Shown here: positions 40,148 through 49,721 of the stretch, piece by piece | How the letters are laid out: every line of letters begins with the position of its first letter | How positions within the stretch are numbered: position 1 is the first letter of the stretch | Source of the DNA: Andalucia godoyi And28 | Taxonomy: Eukaryota > Protista > Jakobida | Direction of reading: 5' to 3' | Length of the DNA: 64,000 nucleotides | Assembly: GCA_009859145.1 (NCBI GenBank) | Contig: VRVR01000015.1 | Span: 299,705-363,704, forward strand | Program-made: the position numbers and the translations under genes | Notes under the pieces: model-generated | The model's database searches: none | What the model saw: the letters and a program-made list of their open reading frames with translations, nothing else | Told to the model about the DNA's origin: nothing

Positions 40148-42730
40148 TCACAATCCGGCTGTTTCTCCATTCAGCTTTCGCAACAACATGAGACAAATGT
40201 GGAGGTCTTGCGAAAGCGATGTCAGCTGTTTTTCGATTTCCGTAATCTTGGCATTGAGAATTTGGACTTCTGGACGTGGATCGTGGAGGACATCCGCGAA
40301 TCCACCAGAGCTGTTTGGATCGTGTCCAGATCCCGCTTGGCTGGTCGCACTTGCCATGGATGAAGGCACAGTGAGAGTCAATGTTCCGACGCCTGGCAAT
40401 TCAACTGATGTGGCAGTGACAGACGGGAAAGCCACGTCAACCAATGCACGTGGCTTGCTTTGAGACTGCGTGCTCGACGACAGTTGGGCAGACGGTGCAA
40501 ACGATGACGACGACGAGGATGCTGATGCGGAGGTGGACGACGGCATCGCAGCAGCAACACCAGCAGCAGCAGCAGCAGCAGCAGACGAAGAAGATGGTAA
40601 AGATGATGAGCCGGAAGAAAGAGAGGACGAAGAAGCAAGGATCGTAGCTGTTTGTGAAGGTTCCGAAGAAGCAGGCTCTGGCTCTGCAACATGGATTTCA
40701 GCAGATTTCACAACGACCACGGAGGCCGTCACGGACGGTTCACTCACTTTCGTAAAGGGCACAGACGTCGATTCCGCATTAGAGGCTAAGGCGACCACGT
40801 CATGCGGCTGCATTGTCGAAGTATGCGCCTCTCCTACAGTGCTCAAAGAACTCCCGGGTGTAGGAGTCTGCTCCAGGTTGTGGTCCTTTGAATGATGCTG
40901 ACCCAGCTCGTGTTTATCCGTCTTTTCAGAGTGTCGTGCGTGCAATTCCTCTCTCGCTGGCAGATGTTCAGCCGGAGAATCATGAATTTCAACAGCGCGC
41001 TGACCGTCGACAGCATGGTGCCGTTGCCCATTGGAATGCGAGCCAACTTCGGACGCCGCTGAAGACGTGGGGTGGATGGGCGGCACGGAAGGATGCTGAC
41101 CTGGTGATACATGCACAAATGGCTGAGGCTGCACATGTATTGGCTGTGGCTGGACATGTATTTGCTGATGCTGATGTTGATGCTGATGTTGCAAATGCAA
41201 ATTTTGCTGCGACTGCGAGACTGCGGCAAACGTGAGCGCAGCCAGAGATGGCGTGGGGGCATGGTGTCCCGCGCTCAGCGCATGCGACATTTGGAGAATG
41301 TGGTTTGTAGCAACTGCATGCGAATTCACAAACCTCGACAATGGATTCGGAAGCGACCGTGATGAGTCGCCCGACTGTTGTATTTCGAGAGGTGCATGGA
41401 GTTGATGAATCTGATGGGCGTGGCCGTCCGCGGAATCCACCATTGACACTCCTTCCTCCCCAACCGCGTGGTCCGCGTAATGATAAACATGCTGATCATG
41501 GCTCATGTCGTGATGATTGTCGACGCGCAGGTCATGCTCGTGGTGGTGCGAAACGGCTGACGGATAGAGATGGTGAACTGCAGTGGGATCATGCCCGTAA
41601 GCGCCCCCGGAATCCACATGCTGCTGCTGCTGTTGATGATGATGACGATGAGGATGACGATGCTGTTGGTGTTGTTGCTGATGTCGTTGTTGTAGCTGCT
41701 GGTGATGATGACCACCGTAGCTACCATGCGCGTCCAGCCTCATCCTCTTCCATTCAGGGTCATAATCGTGGTGCAAGTGGAAATCAGAGCCAGCATTTGT
41801 CGCTGCGGATGACTGCGATTGCTCAGACCGCGCCCTCTTGATCGGCAGCCCTGTTCCTGCGCCTTCCGCACCGTGCAATCGTGGGCTTCCTCCCGCCGCG
41901 CTTCCCGACTCTGATTCCGACCGCTTCTTTTGCCGTTGTTGTCGCTTGCGAATTGCCTTGACACGGTCCGACACGTTTGCTTCCGATGCCGCAACATGTG
42001 GGAATACTCTTTGAAAATCCTCGGCAATCTTTTTCCTTTTCGCAGGGCGCAGGCCATTCTTTGATTGCGACCCGTATGCATTGATTGCACTCATGAGCCA
42101 CGCGTCATGCTCACTGCTGAACGAAACCTGTCGCTTCAGCATTGTAGGAGGTAGAGACGTCGCTGCCTTGTTGATTTGTGTATCCAATCCAGTATGCACC
42201 TGTCTGGAGATTGATGAATCCGAAACCTGTCCCGAGGCAGACATTTCGTGGTGCGCATCGTCGTCAAGCTCATGGTCGTTCGGATCATTTCGTTCGTCCT
42301 GCTCATCCTCGTCCTCATCGTCATCTCTGTCCAGTTCGTTTCCAACAGAGCTATGCCCATGCATGGATTCATGCAGCTGAGAGTCATCATGAAGCCTGGT
42401 ACCATGATCATGATGATGATGGTGGTGCTCATGATGTGCATCATAGTGGTGCTCATCGCTTGACAAGGCACCAAAAGGATGCGCTACTCCGACATGGTGG
42501 TGCTGCTCATCAAGACGACCGAGTTGATGATGATGGAGGTCGTGGTCGTGGTCGTGGTGGTGTATCATAGACGACGAAGGGTCCGACAGCGATTCCATCG
42601 GATGGGGAGACAGCGAAGAAGACCGAATCGTCGGAGGAGACCGCGAGGGAACCTGCGGGGGCTGTGGAGGAAGAGACCCAATCGAATCAAGTCCTTCTGA
42701 GTGATGGTGACTATTGTCCGCCAACGCCAT
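40148..42730 (-). CDS. His/Gln-rich low-complexity protein with a Myb/SANT-like domain and C-terminal coiled coil (putative transcription factor)
   Basis: FSSEHDAWLMSAINAYG...KKIAEDFQRVFP...NVSDRVKAIRKRQQRQKKR resembles a Myb/trihelix helix-turn-helix plus NLS. The C-terminal LNAKITEIEKQLTSLSQDL is a heptad repeat. Confidence 0.7.
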   Translation of the reverse strand: MALADNSHHHSEGLDSIGSLPPQPPQVPSRSPPTIRSSSLSPHPMESLSDPSSSMIHHHDHDHDLHHHQLGRLDEQHHHVGVAHPFGALSSDEHHYDAHHEHHHHHHDHGTRLHDDSQLHESMHGHSSVGNELDRDDDEDEDEQDERNDPNDHELDDDAHHEMSASGQVSDSSISRQVHTGLDTQINKAATSLPPTMLKRQVSFSSEHDAWLMSAINAYGSQSKNGLRPAKRKKIAEDFQRVFPHVAASEANVSDRVKAIRKRQQRQKKRSESESGSAAGGSPRLHGAEGAGTGLPIKRARSEQSQSSAATNAGSDFHLHHDYDPEWKRMRLDAHGSYGGHHHQQLQQRHQQQHQQHRHPHRHHHQQQQQHVDSGGAYGHDPTAVHHLYPSAVSHHHEHDLRVDNHHDMSHDQHVYHYADHAVGEEGVSMVDSADGHAHQIHQLHAPLEIQQSGDSSRSLPNPLSRFVNSHAVATNHILQMSHALSAGHHAPTPSLAALTFAAVSQSQQNLHLQHQHQHQHQQIHVQPQPIHVQPQPFVHVSPGQHPSVPPIHPTSSAASEVGSHSNGQRHHAVDGQRAVEIHDSPAEHLPAREELHARHSEKTDKHELGQHHSKDHNLEQTPTPGSSLSTVGEAHTSTMQPHDVVALASNAESTSVPFTKVSEPSVTASVVVVKSAEIHVAEPEPASSEPSQTATILASSSSLSSGSSSLPSSSSAAAAAAAGVAAAMPSSTSASASSSSSSFAPSAQLSSSTQSQSKPRALVDVAFPSVTATSVELPGVGTLTLTVPSSMASATSQAGSGHDPNSSGGFADVLHDPRPEVQILNAKITEIEKQLTSLSQDLHICLMLLRKLNGETAGL

Positions 42731-43504
42731 CTCTTAGTCCAGTTTGAAAAGGAAAAGAAAAAGTTGGCAAAAGAAGGAAAAAAGCGAAGAAAAATAGATT
42801 GTGTCTAGCGATATATACACGAGTATAAATATATATGTGTTAAATGAAAAAAAAAATATGTATATAAAAACAACAACAACAAAATCCGAGTTCTTAAAAC
42901 CAAACCAAAACCAGACGAGAAATCTAGCCACCGCAAAGATACGACCAAAACGCAAGTTGCTTCTGATTGCAGACAGAGAAGAAAGCAAGAGAGAAAGGAA
43001 GAGGAGGTGGAAAAAACGAAAGAAAAAAAGGAAAGGAAATGGAAATGAATGCACGTTTTTTAAATTATTAAATTAAACTTTTGTTTTGGAATCGGGAAAA
43101 GCCAAAGAGGAAACCTTTTTGGTTGGGGGAATCTCTCGAGTCTCTCGAGTGACTCGGGGGAAGGAAGGGGAAGAAACGGGAAAAGGGCGGAACGAGGGAA
43201 AGGGCGCCCTCCGTCCTCAACGGCCCCGTAGTTGGGGAATTTTCCAGTCAAGTTGTGTCTCCGGCCATCCTGCAGCATTCTTATATATATATATTTTAAT
43301 ATTAATTTTATAAAAAAAATATATGAATGCTATTACTGCTTTGCGCACCTTTGCGTTTCTTCGACTTGCACATGCTAGCGCGAGTCTTGCATTTGCATGG
43401 GTAATAGTGAATGGTCGACCAAGTCTGTATATAATTTAATGCGTTATGGGTCGTTTCCGCAAAAAAAACCAAAAAAACAAAAAAACAAAAAATATATATA
43501 TTAT

Positions 43505-45769
43505 TCAAACAGGATGTCTCCTTGTTTTTTCAAGATGAGCGTCAATCTGCGTAATCGCAACCTTCACAACCTCGATGCTTTCCTCTGTTTCTTTCCGCTC
43601 TGCCGGATTTCTCATACGCTTCAAAGACAGCTGAGCTCGCTTGATGAATTCCTTGTAATCTTGCGATCCAGAGATGGCCAAGTTGGCGTTCGAAGGATGC
43701 CGCTTGAATCCCTCAAGATACGCCACGCCGCGGTTTCGGAAGATGAATGCAATGTCTATCTCCGGCGATGCATTCTTCTCGTAGAACTCGTAAATCCGGA
43801 CAGTAGAATGAAGCCATGCGTCTATTTCCGTTCCTGTCCACTCTGGGTGCTGAACGAGCTCCGTAAGAAAGTGCACGGACCACCGGACATGGCTTTCCAG
43901 TATGTCATTGTGGATGACGGCTTCCCAGCTTTCTGGGGTGTACTTGTGGATGACATCTGGCAGTTCGTCGGGCCTGGGAAGGGCATTCCAACCGACGGCA
44001 CACCAGCTAAAGAAACGATCCTTGTAATTCTTGGAGGCTTGGATCTTTTCAAAGTCACGAATGACTCGCCAGGTAAGCCCATGCGGCAACAGAAAGTAGC
44101 TGGGCTCTGGCGACGGGTCGCCATCCTTCCATCCCCCTGCAATAAATATTTTGAATTTCTCATAGTTCGCATCCAGAAACGTCTTCATGTTGAAATGTCC
44201 CTTTCCGCGAACATGATAGTGGGTTCCAGGAAACACAATCCCCCGGGATCGCCACTCGTCGCCATGCATTTCAAGATACCACGGATAGGTAAACATTTCC
44301 TGGTCAATGATGGTGACATTTCCGGCCTGGAATCCTTCAGATCCGAGAACATATCTCGCGGAGTTCACCATGAGATCTCCCTTTGTAAGAAGGATCGAGT
44401 TCGGGGGAAGCGGGCGCAAGATCGCACGACCAAACATTTCCGTAAAAGAATTCCGGGACTCATCTAGTGCCGCAAACGATCGTTGAATCTGCCATGAAAT
44501 TGCCGCAATGACAACCAACGACAGTATCATCTTGGCGGAGGATGCGCCAGCTTTTGAAAACAGCCTATGGACAGCGAAGTGCAAACCGACAGCCTGGGAA
44601 AGGAAAAGAATTACGTTGGGCTGTTGCCAGAACCGCATGGACACTCCACGATACAAGTTGTTCTCCAGCGACAGATTTGCCCTCCAGTGGAAAAATACTG
44701 TGTAGAACACCCATGACGCGCAAAGCATTGGGCCGATACTCCACCGGTCCGCGACAAGCGGTGTCTTTCGTGGTTGCACCTTTTTCAAAGCAGGTTTTTT
44801 CCGCTCTGCATCATCCCTCCTGGGAGACGTCGACACGGTGTTCACAGCTTCCTGCGGTGCATCCTTCCGCAGTCTCCATAAGACAAGAAGGCCAGCAACC
44901 GAGAGAATCAGACCAACAACGGGAAGCGATTCGTTCGTGGCGAACTCTCCAATGTACTTCGCCACCCCCGTGCCGATCCTTCCCAGGACGGTCTCGTCGG
45001 GCTGATACGGGGCGAGATCAAAGGTTCCGTACTCCTGTCGAAGGACATGGCGCACGAACCCAGGCAATGTTCTCGAGTCGCCCCATGTAAAGGACGGCTT
45101 CCTAAACGATGCAGCAACCAAATAAGCGTACGGCAGCAGTCCAGCAACATACGCCGCAGCCGCCTGCAGGACAAGTTTGACGGATAAAATTCCGGTCCGA
45201 AATGCCCTCCATCCAGCCCAGGCAATGAGAGGGATCTGAAACAACGCAATAGTGTGCTGATTGGTCATTGCAAGTCCTGACACGAACGCGGATGCCAAGA
45301 GACGGCGCTGCGAGGGGTGGTCATCAAACCAGAGTGCAAACACAATCAGCCATGTAGCAAACAGATTATTCAGAGAGAACACCTCTGCAGTGATTGCATA
45401 CTGCCACACAATGGGTGACGCTGCCCACATGGCACCTGCATACATTGCGGCCAACGGTGACTTTGTGATTGCCAATGCAGCTTCAAACAGCCCCAGAGCA
45501 GCCAGCGCACCACAAAGAGCATTAAAGGCATTTACCCTCCATGCCACAGAAGAATCCGGAAAGAAGTGTCCAAGAACATTGATGGATATGTGCGAAAGAA
45601 GCGTAAATGTCGGATATCCGGGAGGATGTGCGACTCCCAGGTGATGTGCCACCAGAATGATTTCTCCAGAGTCGCCCGGCGGAACACTCGCGTACAGCGT
45701 CTTCACGTACAGGCATAGAAATCCAACGAAAATGGAGATCCGAAACGACCACAATATGATGCCACTCAT
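43505..45769 (-). CDS. TMEM260: TMEM260/DUF2723 GT-C protein O-mannosyltransferase-like
   Basis: SVPPGDSGE...LGVAHPPGYPTF, AEVFSLN, NQHTIAL, LLPYAYL, FVRHVLRQEYGTF, RFWQQPN, LLTKGDL. Confidence 0.92.
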   Translation of the reverse strand: MSGIILWSFRISIFVGFLCLYVKTLYASVPPGDSGEIILVAHHLGVAHPPGYPTFTLLSHISINVLGHFFPDSSVAWRVNAFNALCGALAALGLFEAALAITKSPLAAMYAGAMWAASPIVWQYAITAEVFSLNNLFATWLIVFALWFDDHPSQRRLLASAFVSGLAMTNQHTIALFQIPLIAWAGWRAFRTGILSVKLVLQAAAAYVAGLLPYAYLVAASFRKPSFTWGDSRTLPGFVRHVLRQEYGTFDLAPYQPDETVLGRIGTGVAKYIGEFATNESLPVVGLILSVAGLLVLWRLRKDAPQEAVNTVSTSPRRDDAERKKPALKKVQPRKTPLVADRWSIGPMLCASWVFYTVFFHWRANLSLENNLYRGVSMRFWQQPNVILFLSQAVGLHFAVHRLFSKAGASSAKMILSLVVIAAISWQIQRSFAALDESRNSFTEMFGRAILRPLPPNSILLTKGDLMVNSARYVLGSEGFQAGNVTIIDQEMFTYPWYLEMHGDEWRSRGIVFPGTHYHVRGKGHFNMKTFLDANYEKFKIFIAGGWKDGDPSPEPSYFLLPHGLTWRVIRDFEKIQASKNYKDRFFSWCAVGWNALPRPDELPDVIHKYTPESWEAVIHNDILESHVRWSVHFLTELVQHPEWTGTEIDAWLHSTVRIYEFYEKNASPEIDIAFIFRNRGVAYLEGFKRHPSNANLAISGSQDYKEFIKRAQLSLKRMRNPAERKETEESIEVVKVAITQIDAHLEKTRRHPV

Positions 45770-46042
45770 TTCGGTGTACTTCCAGTCAAAAGCAAAACCA
45801 ACGAAACACGTTAGGAGAGAAGAGGGAAGGAAAGATGATGAACGAAGAGAAGAAGAAGAAGGAAACGGTGTGCGATAACATCCTCATGCCTCAAAACAAA
45901 ACGAAAACAAAAACAAAAAAAAAACCATCATGCTTCCATATTTCCTCGTACGACAAGCGCCGACGACAAACAGAACGCAGAGAGCACAAGTCATCCTCAT
46001 CATGATAATCTGTTTCTTTATTGCTCACTTATGCATCGTCAA

Positions 46043-49000
46043 TCATTCGACAGTGTAAGGATCGAAGACAGGCTGCAGAGGACTGATGGCGGTCTTCTTT
46101 GCAAACGCAGGAACGTCCGGTTGGTCCGCGGAGAAGACAGTGACGAGCTTGATTCCTTCCAACTGCTGGGTAATCATCGCAATGTTGTCCTCCAGCACAC
46201 TCTTTTCAGAGAACGCAGCGTCAGCCGACAACAGCGTCAAATCCTGGGTACTCTCAAGATCCATTTTTCGCTGGGCCACAAACGGCATGATGTTTTTCAG
46301 CGCAGCCTTTGTTGCGGGATTCTGCTTGAGTGCCTCGACGACAACCTTTTGGTCAAACGTCTTTGCATTCGGATCGTAGAACTGCCGCATGGTGTCAATT
46401 GCAACCTTCTGTTCGGGAGTGTATCCGGCGGAAACAACGATGCTGACTGCATTGAACTTCTCGACCTTGCCCTTCTTAGCAAGCAGAGTCTCGCGCTTTG
46501 CAATCATGACTCGCGATTCGTGCACAACATTCACAACATACTGAGAAACCTTCCGGAGCAACGGGTCTACTGGCGCAGCCTGCGGCCATCGCGCATGGAA
46601 GATGGACTTCTTGTTTCCAAGCATGTCGCGCCAAATGTGCTCGGTCCAATGCGGGCAGATCGGAGCAAGAAGGATGCATTGCAGCTCACAGAAGCGCTTG
46701 ACTAGACGAGAGTGCAAGTTTCCGCCAGTGTCAACTCGATATTGATCACGAATGGACTGCAGATCGTAGAACCCGTACTTCAGCGAATCACGGAACAGCA
46801 TGCGATCGTAGGATCGTTTGCTTTCCTCCACAATTCTGTTCATCTCATTCTCGAACACCCGATCGGCGAACGTCACGAGCGGCTCCTCCGATCGCATCGT
46901 GGGGATCTGAGGAAGCACTTCGCGCAACCATTCCAACTGTGCTGTCAAACGGAGAATAGCAGAATCAACTGTCTTCAGCGAGAAGTTTGCATCGTCCATG
47001 CCATCACCAGCATCTGCGAGTGCAAAGCGCGTGGCATCCGCACCGTATGTGGCAATGCAATGCTCCAGGGTCAAGAAGTTGCCCTTGGACTTGGACATCT
47101 TTTCTCCATCAACCATGACATGGCCATTTGTGTAGAATGCGCGCGGCATCATCATTCCGGGAGCCTCCGGCCAGATTGCAGCATGATTGTACAATGCCAT
47201 GGTCAGATGGTTTTGAATGAGATCCTTGCCGGAGACGCGAAGATCGAATGGATACCAAGAGGTAAACTCCTTTCGAAGACGATCAACATCTGCACGGTTC
47301 ACCGGGCCGTCATAGGAATCGGTCTGGCAGAAAACGTAGTCCCAGAAGGAGCGAGTGCAGTGGTCAGGAAGGATTCCCAAAGGAGACGCAGTCGCAACCG
47401 GCTTCCCATCCATCGTCGTGTTGGCAGTGTTGCCCTGCAACAAATGGCAGATCGTGTAGTATGCCATGTAGATTGTAGAATCCGAAAGCGAGTCGATGAC
47501 TACCTTCTCGTCAAACGGCATCTTCGTTCCCAATCCAAAGCTACGCGAACAGGCCCATTCTGACAACCAAGCAATTGTATCATCGAACGCTCGTTTGGTG
47601 ATAGGATTGAAGGTCTCAAACTTGGAAGTATCTTTCACATGGGACTCAACAGCAGCACGCCACGACGGTTCGCCATATGCCAAGTACCATTGATCTGTAA
47701 ACGCAACAACGCATTCGTCGTGGGATCGAGACAGCACAAAGCGCTCGGGTTCCGAGTACGAAGAACCAAGTCCGTCTCGGATCAGATCGGCTCGGATGAG
47801 GGGCTTCGCGTCCGACACGCGCTTTCCGGCGTGTGGCCCGACGAGAAGGACGCCCTTGTAGAACCCTGTCATGTACACTTCATCATGCGCCTTTGCCAAG
47901 AGTTCCGGTTGTCCGGTACCTTTGATTCCAAGCTTCTCGCATGTATCTGGCGCTGCTTGCTTTGTATTCATCTCTGCAATTTCGATGATTGGGACAACCT
48001 CGAAAGGAACAACCCACTCGTCCTTCACGCCAAAATAGGCACGTTTCTTATCTGATTCCTTGAGGACAGCAAAGTTGACCCAGTCATCCGGCGAATCCGA
48101 AGGCACTGATGTGACGACGCCAGTACCCTTCTTGGGTGAAACAGACACCATGGGCAGGACATAGACAGTCTTGTACTGCGCAAGGGGCGCGCCCAGCGGA
48201 AGTCCCAAAAGCTGGCGTCCAGTACATTTTCCATACACCGAGTACTCGCCCATCTTTTCGCCGCACATGAACTGGTAAGCCATGTTCCTCGCAGAGCGTT
48301 CCGTGCAGATCCATGCCTCTTCGTTCTTCATACCGACACATACATACTCCACGTCCGGTCCCACCCAGCAGTTTGTTTGTCCGTACATGGTCTCCGGACG
48401 GAGAGTAGCTGCTGCCATATAGACACGATCCTTGCGATCCTCAGGAATGTTGAAGAAGGAGGACAGCTGACTTGTGTTCTGCACGTGCAGCTTCACAATG
48501 GTGTACTCCTGCGGGCCTGCGCCTTCGCCTTCTGCTCGGTCGTGGTCCGCGCACGGCTGTCCGTCGAGCGGGGAGTAAATCGACAAGCGCGATCCGAAAG
48601 CAACCTTGGAGCGCTCTTTCAGGAGGGTGAACTGCCAGCGGATGAAAGAATCATAGTACGGATTCGCATCCGTCGTAATGAACGAGCGGCGCCAGTCAAC
48701 GTTAAAGCCGAAATTTTGCAAATCACGCTTTCCAGCAGGCGGGAAGAAATAGCACCAGTAGAAGGGATCTGCAAACTTTGCTATTTCAGAATCTGGGATT
48801 CCCATGTCCTGCATGATCTTCCATTGCCGCACAGTCTTTCCGGTTTTTGCAGCGAGTTTAGTCTTTTTGGAATGGAACTTTGCATCCGGGGCATGTGGCT
48901 GGTGCGCGTGCGGCTGCTGCTGATGTTGTTGTTGTTGTGCCGGTGACTGAGCATCTGCTGCAACTTCTTCCGCCTCCTCGCCATCCGTCTCCACAGGAAA

Positions 49001-49330
49001 ATTCGGTGGATTTCCAAACTCTGCCATTTCGCGCTGCAAACGGCCAGCACATGCCATAATGGGCATACCTGTACAGTGGAAACCAAATGGGAAAAGCACT
49101 TGCTTTCCAAGAAGTTTGTTATACCGAACTGCAAATTCTGCCTTGCACGCAGTAAACGCATGGCCAAGATGGAGCTTTCCGTTCATGTATGGATACGGGA
49201 ACGTTGCCATGAACTTTCCTTCTGCTGCCGCCACATCCTCTGCGTTCGCCTCATGGATCTTTTCCGATTCCCAATCCTTCTGAACAGTCCGTTCAATGTC
49301 CAGCAATGCGTCTCGACGAGCAAAAGACAT
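46043..49330 (-). CDS. LARS1: Cytosolic leucyl-tRNA synthetase
   Basis: TFPYPYMNGKLHLGH, CP1 editing domain (GTGVVTSVPSDSPDD), KMSKSKGNF. ATG at 49330. Confidence 0.98.
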   Translation of the reverse strand: MSFARRDALLDIERTVQKDWESEKIHEANAEDVAAAEGKFMATFPYPYMNGKLHLGHAFTACKAEFAVRYNKLLGKQVLFPFGFHCTGMPIMACAGRLQREMAEFGNPPNFPVETDGEEAEEVAADAQSPAQQQQHQQQPHAHQPHAPDAKFHSKKTKLAAKTGKTVRQWKIMQDMGIPDSEIAKFADPFYWCYFFPPAGKRDLQNFGFNVDWRRSFITTDANPYYDSFIRWQFTLLKERSKVAFGSRLSIYSPLDGQPCADHDRAEGEGAGPQEYTIVKLHVQNTSQLSSFFNIPEDRKDRVYMAAATLRPETMYGQTNCWVGPDVEYVCVGMKNEEAWICTERSARNMAYQFMCGEKMGEYSVYGKCTGRQLLGLPLGAPLAQYKTVYVLPMVSVSPKKGTGVVTSVPSDSPDDWVNFAVLKESDKKRAYFGVKDEWVVPFEVVPIIEIAEMNTKQAAPDTCEKLGIKGTGQPELLAKAHDEVYMTGFYKGVLLVGPHAGKRVSDAKPLIRADLIRDGLGSSYSEPERFVLSRSHDECVVAFTDQWYLAYGEPSWRAAVESHVKDTSKFETFNPITKRAFDDTIAWLSEWACSRSFGLGTKMPFDEKVVIDSLSDSTIYMAYYTICHLLQGNTANTTMDGKPVATASPLGILPDHCTRSFWDYVFCQTDSYDGPVNRADVDRLRKEFTSWYPFDLRVSGKDLIQNHLTMALYNHAAIWPEAPGMMMPRAFYTNGHVMVDGEKMSKSKGNFLTLEHCIATYGADATRFALADAGDGMDDANFSLKTVDSAILRLTAQLEWLREVLPQIPTMRSEEPLVTFADRVFENEMNRIVEESKRSYDRMLFRDSLKYGFYDLQSIRDQYRVDTGGNLHSRLVKRFCELQCILLAPICPHWTEHIWRDMLGNKKSIFHARWPQAAPVDPLLRKVSQYVVNVVHESRVMIAKRETLLAKKGKVEKFNAVSIVVSAGYTPEQKVAIDTMRQFYDPNAKTFDQKVVVEALKQNPATKAALKNIMPFVAQRKMDLESTQDLTLLSADAAFSEKSVLEDNIAMITQQLEGIKLVTVFSADQPDVPAFAKKTAISPLQPVFDPYTVE

Positions 49331-49721
49331 GCTTTTCTTCCTCAACCTCTGTTCTTTTTTGTGCTTTGTCCTCTCCTAGGTCCGTTTCTAGTAAAAGCGA
49401 GAGAGAAAACAGTAGATCAGAAAAAGAAGATGGAAAATCGAGTTTTGATGGCGATTGGAGAATCCGCGAAGGCTCTTGAGGTTGGGTTTTTGTTTTCTGC
49501 CCACGCCCACCTCCGTAACCCCTTGGCGGGTTACCTTCTTTCTCTCACAGTTTGGCATCACGTGATGCTCAGATTGCAGAGTTCCCCCTTCCAAATGCAG
49601 AATGCAGAATGCACCTCATCATTTAGATGGCTCCTTGTAATATATTCTTGCAGGATTTCGATGGCTACCGCTGTTGTTTGGAATTGTTATTGATGGAATT
49701 TGTTTTCCGAGTCTGCGGAGA

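Noticed and set aside
43080-43280. Purine-rich, GC-rich segment with a duplicated TCTCTCGAG as a possible snRNA/SRP gene
   Set aside because: No U1, U2, U5, U6 or SRP signature. It is more likely promoter sequence of the Myb-like gene.
49555-49568. Perfect palindrome GCATCACGTGATGC and other CACGTG sites (6178, 8533, 39885)
   Set aside because: The CACGTG count does not exceed chance for 64 kb, and one 14-bp palindrome is weak evidence.
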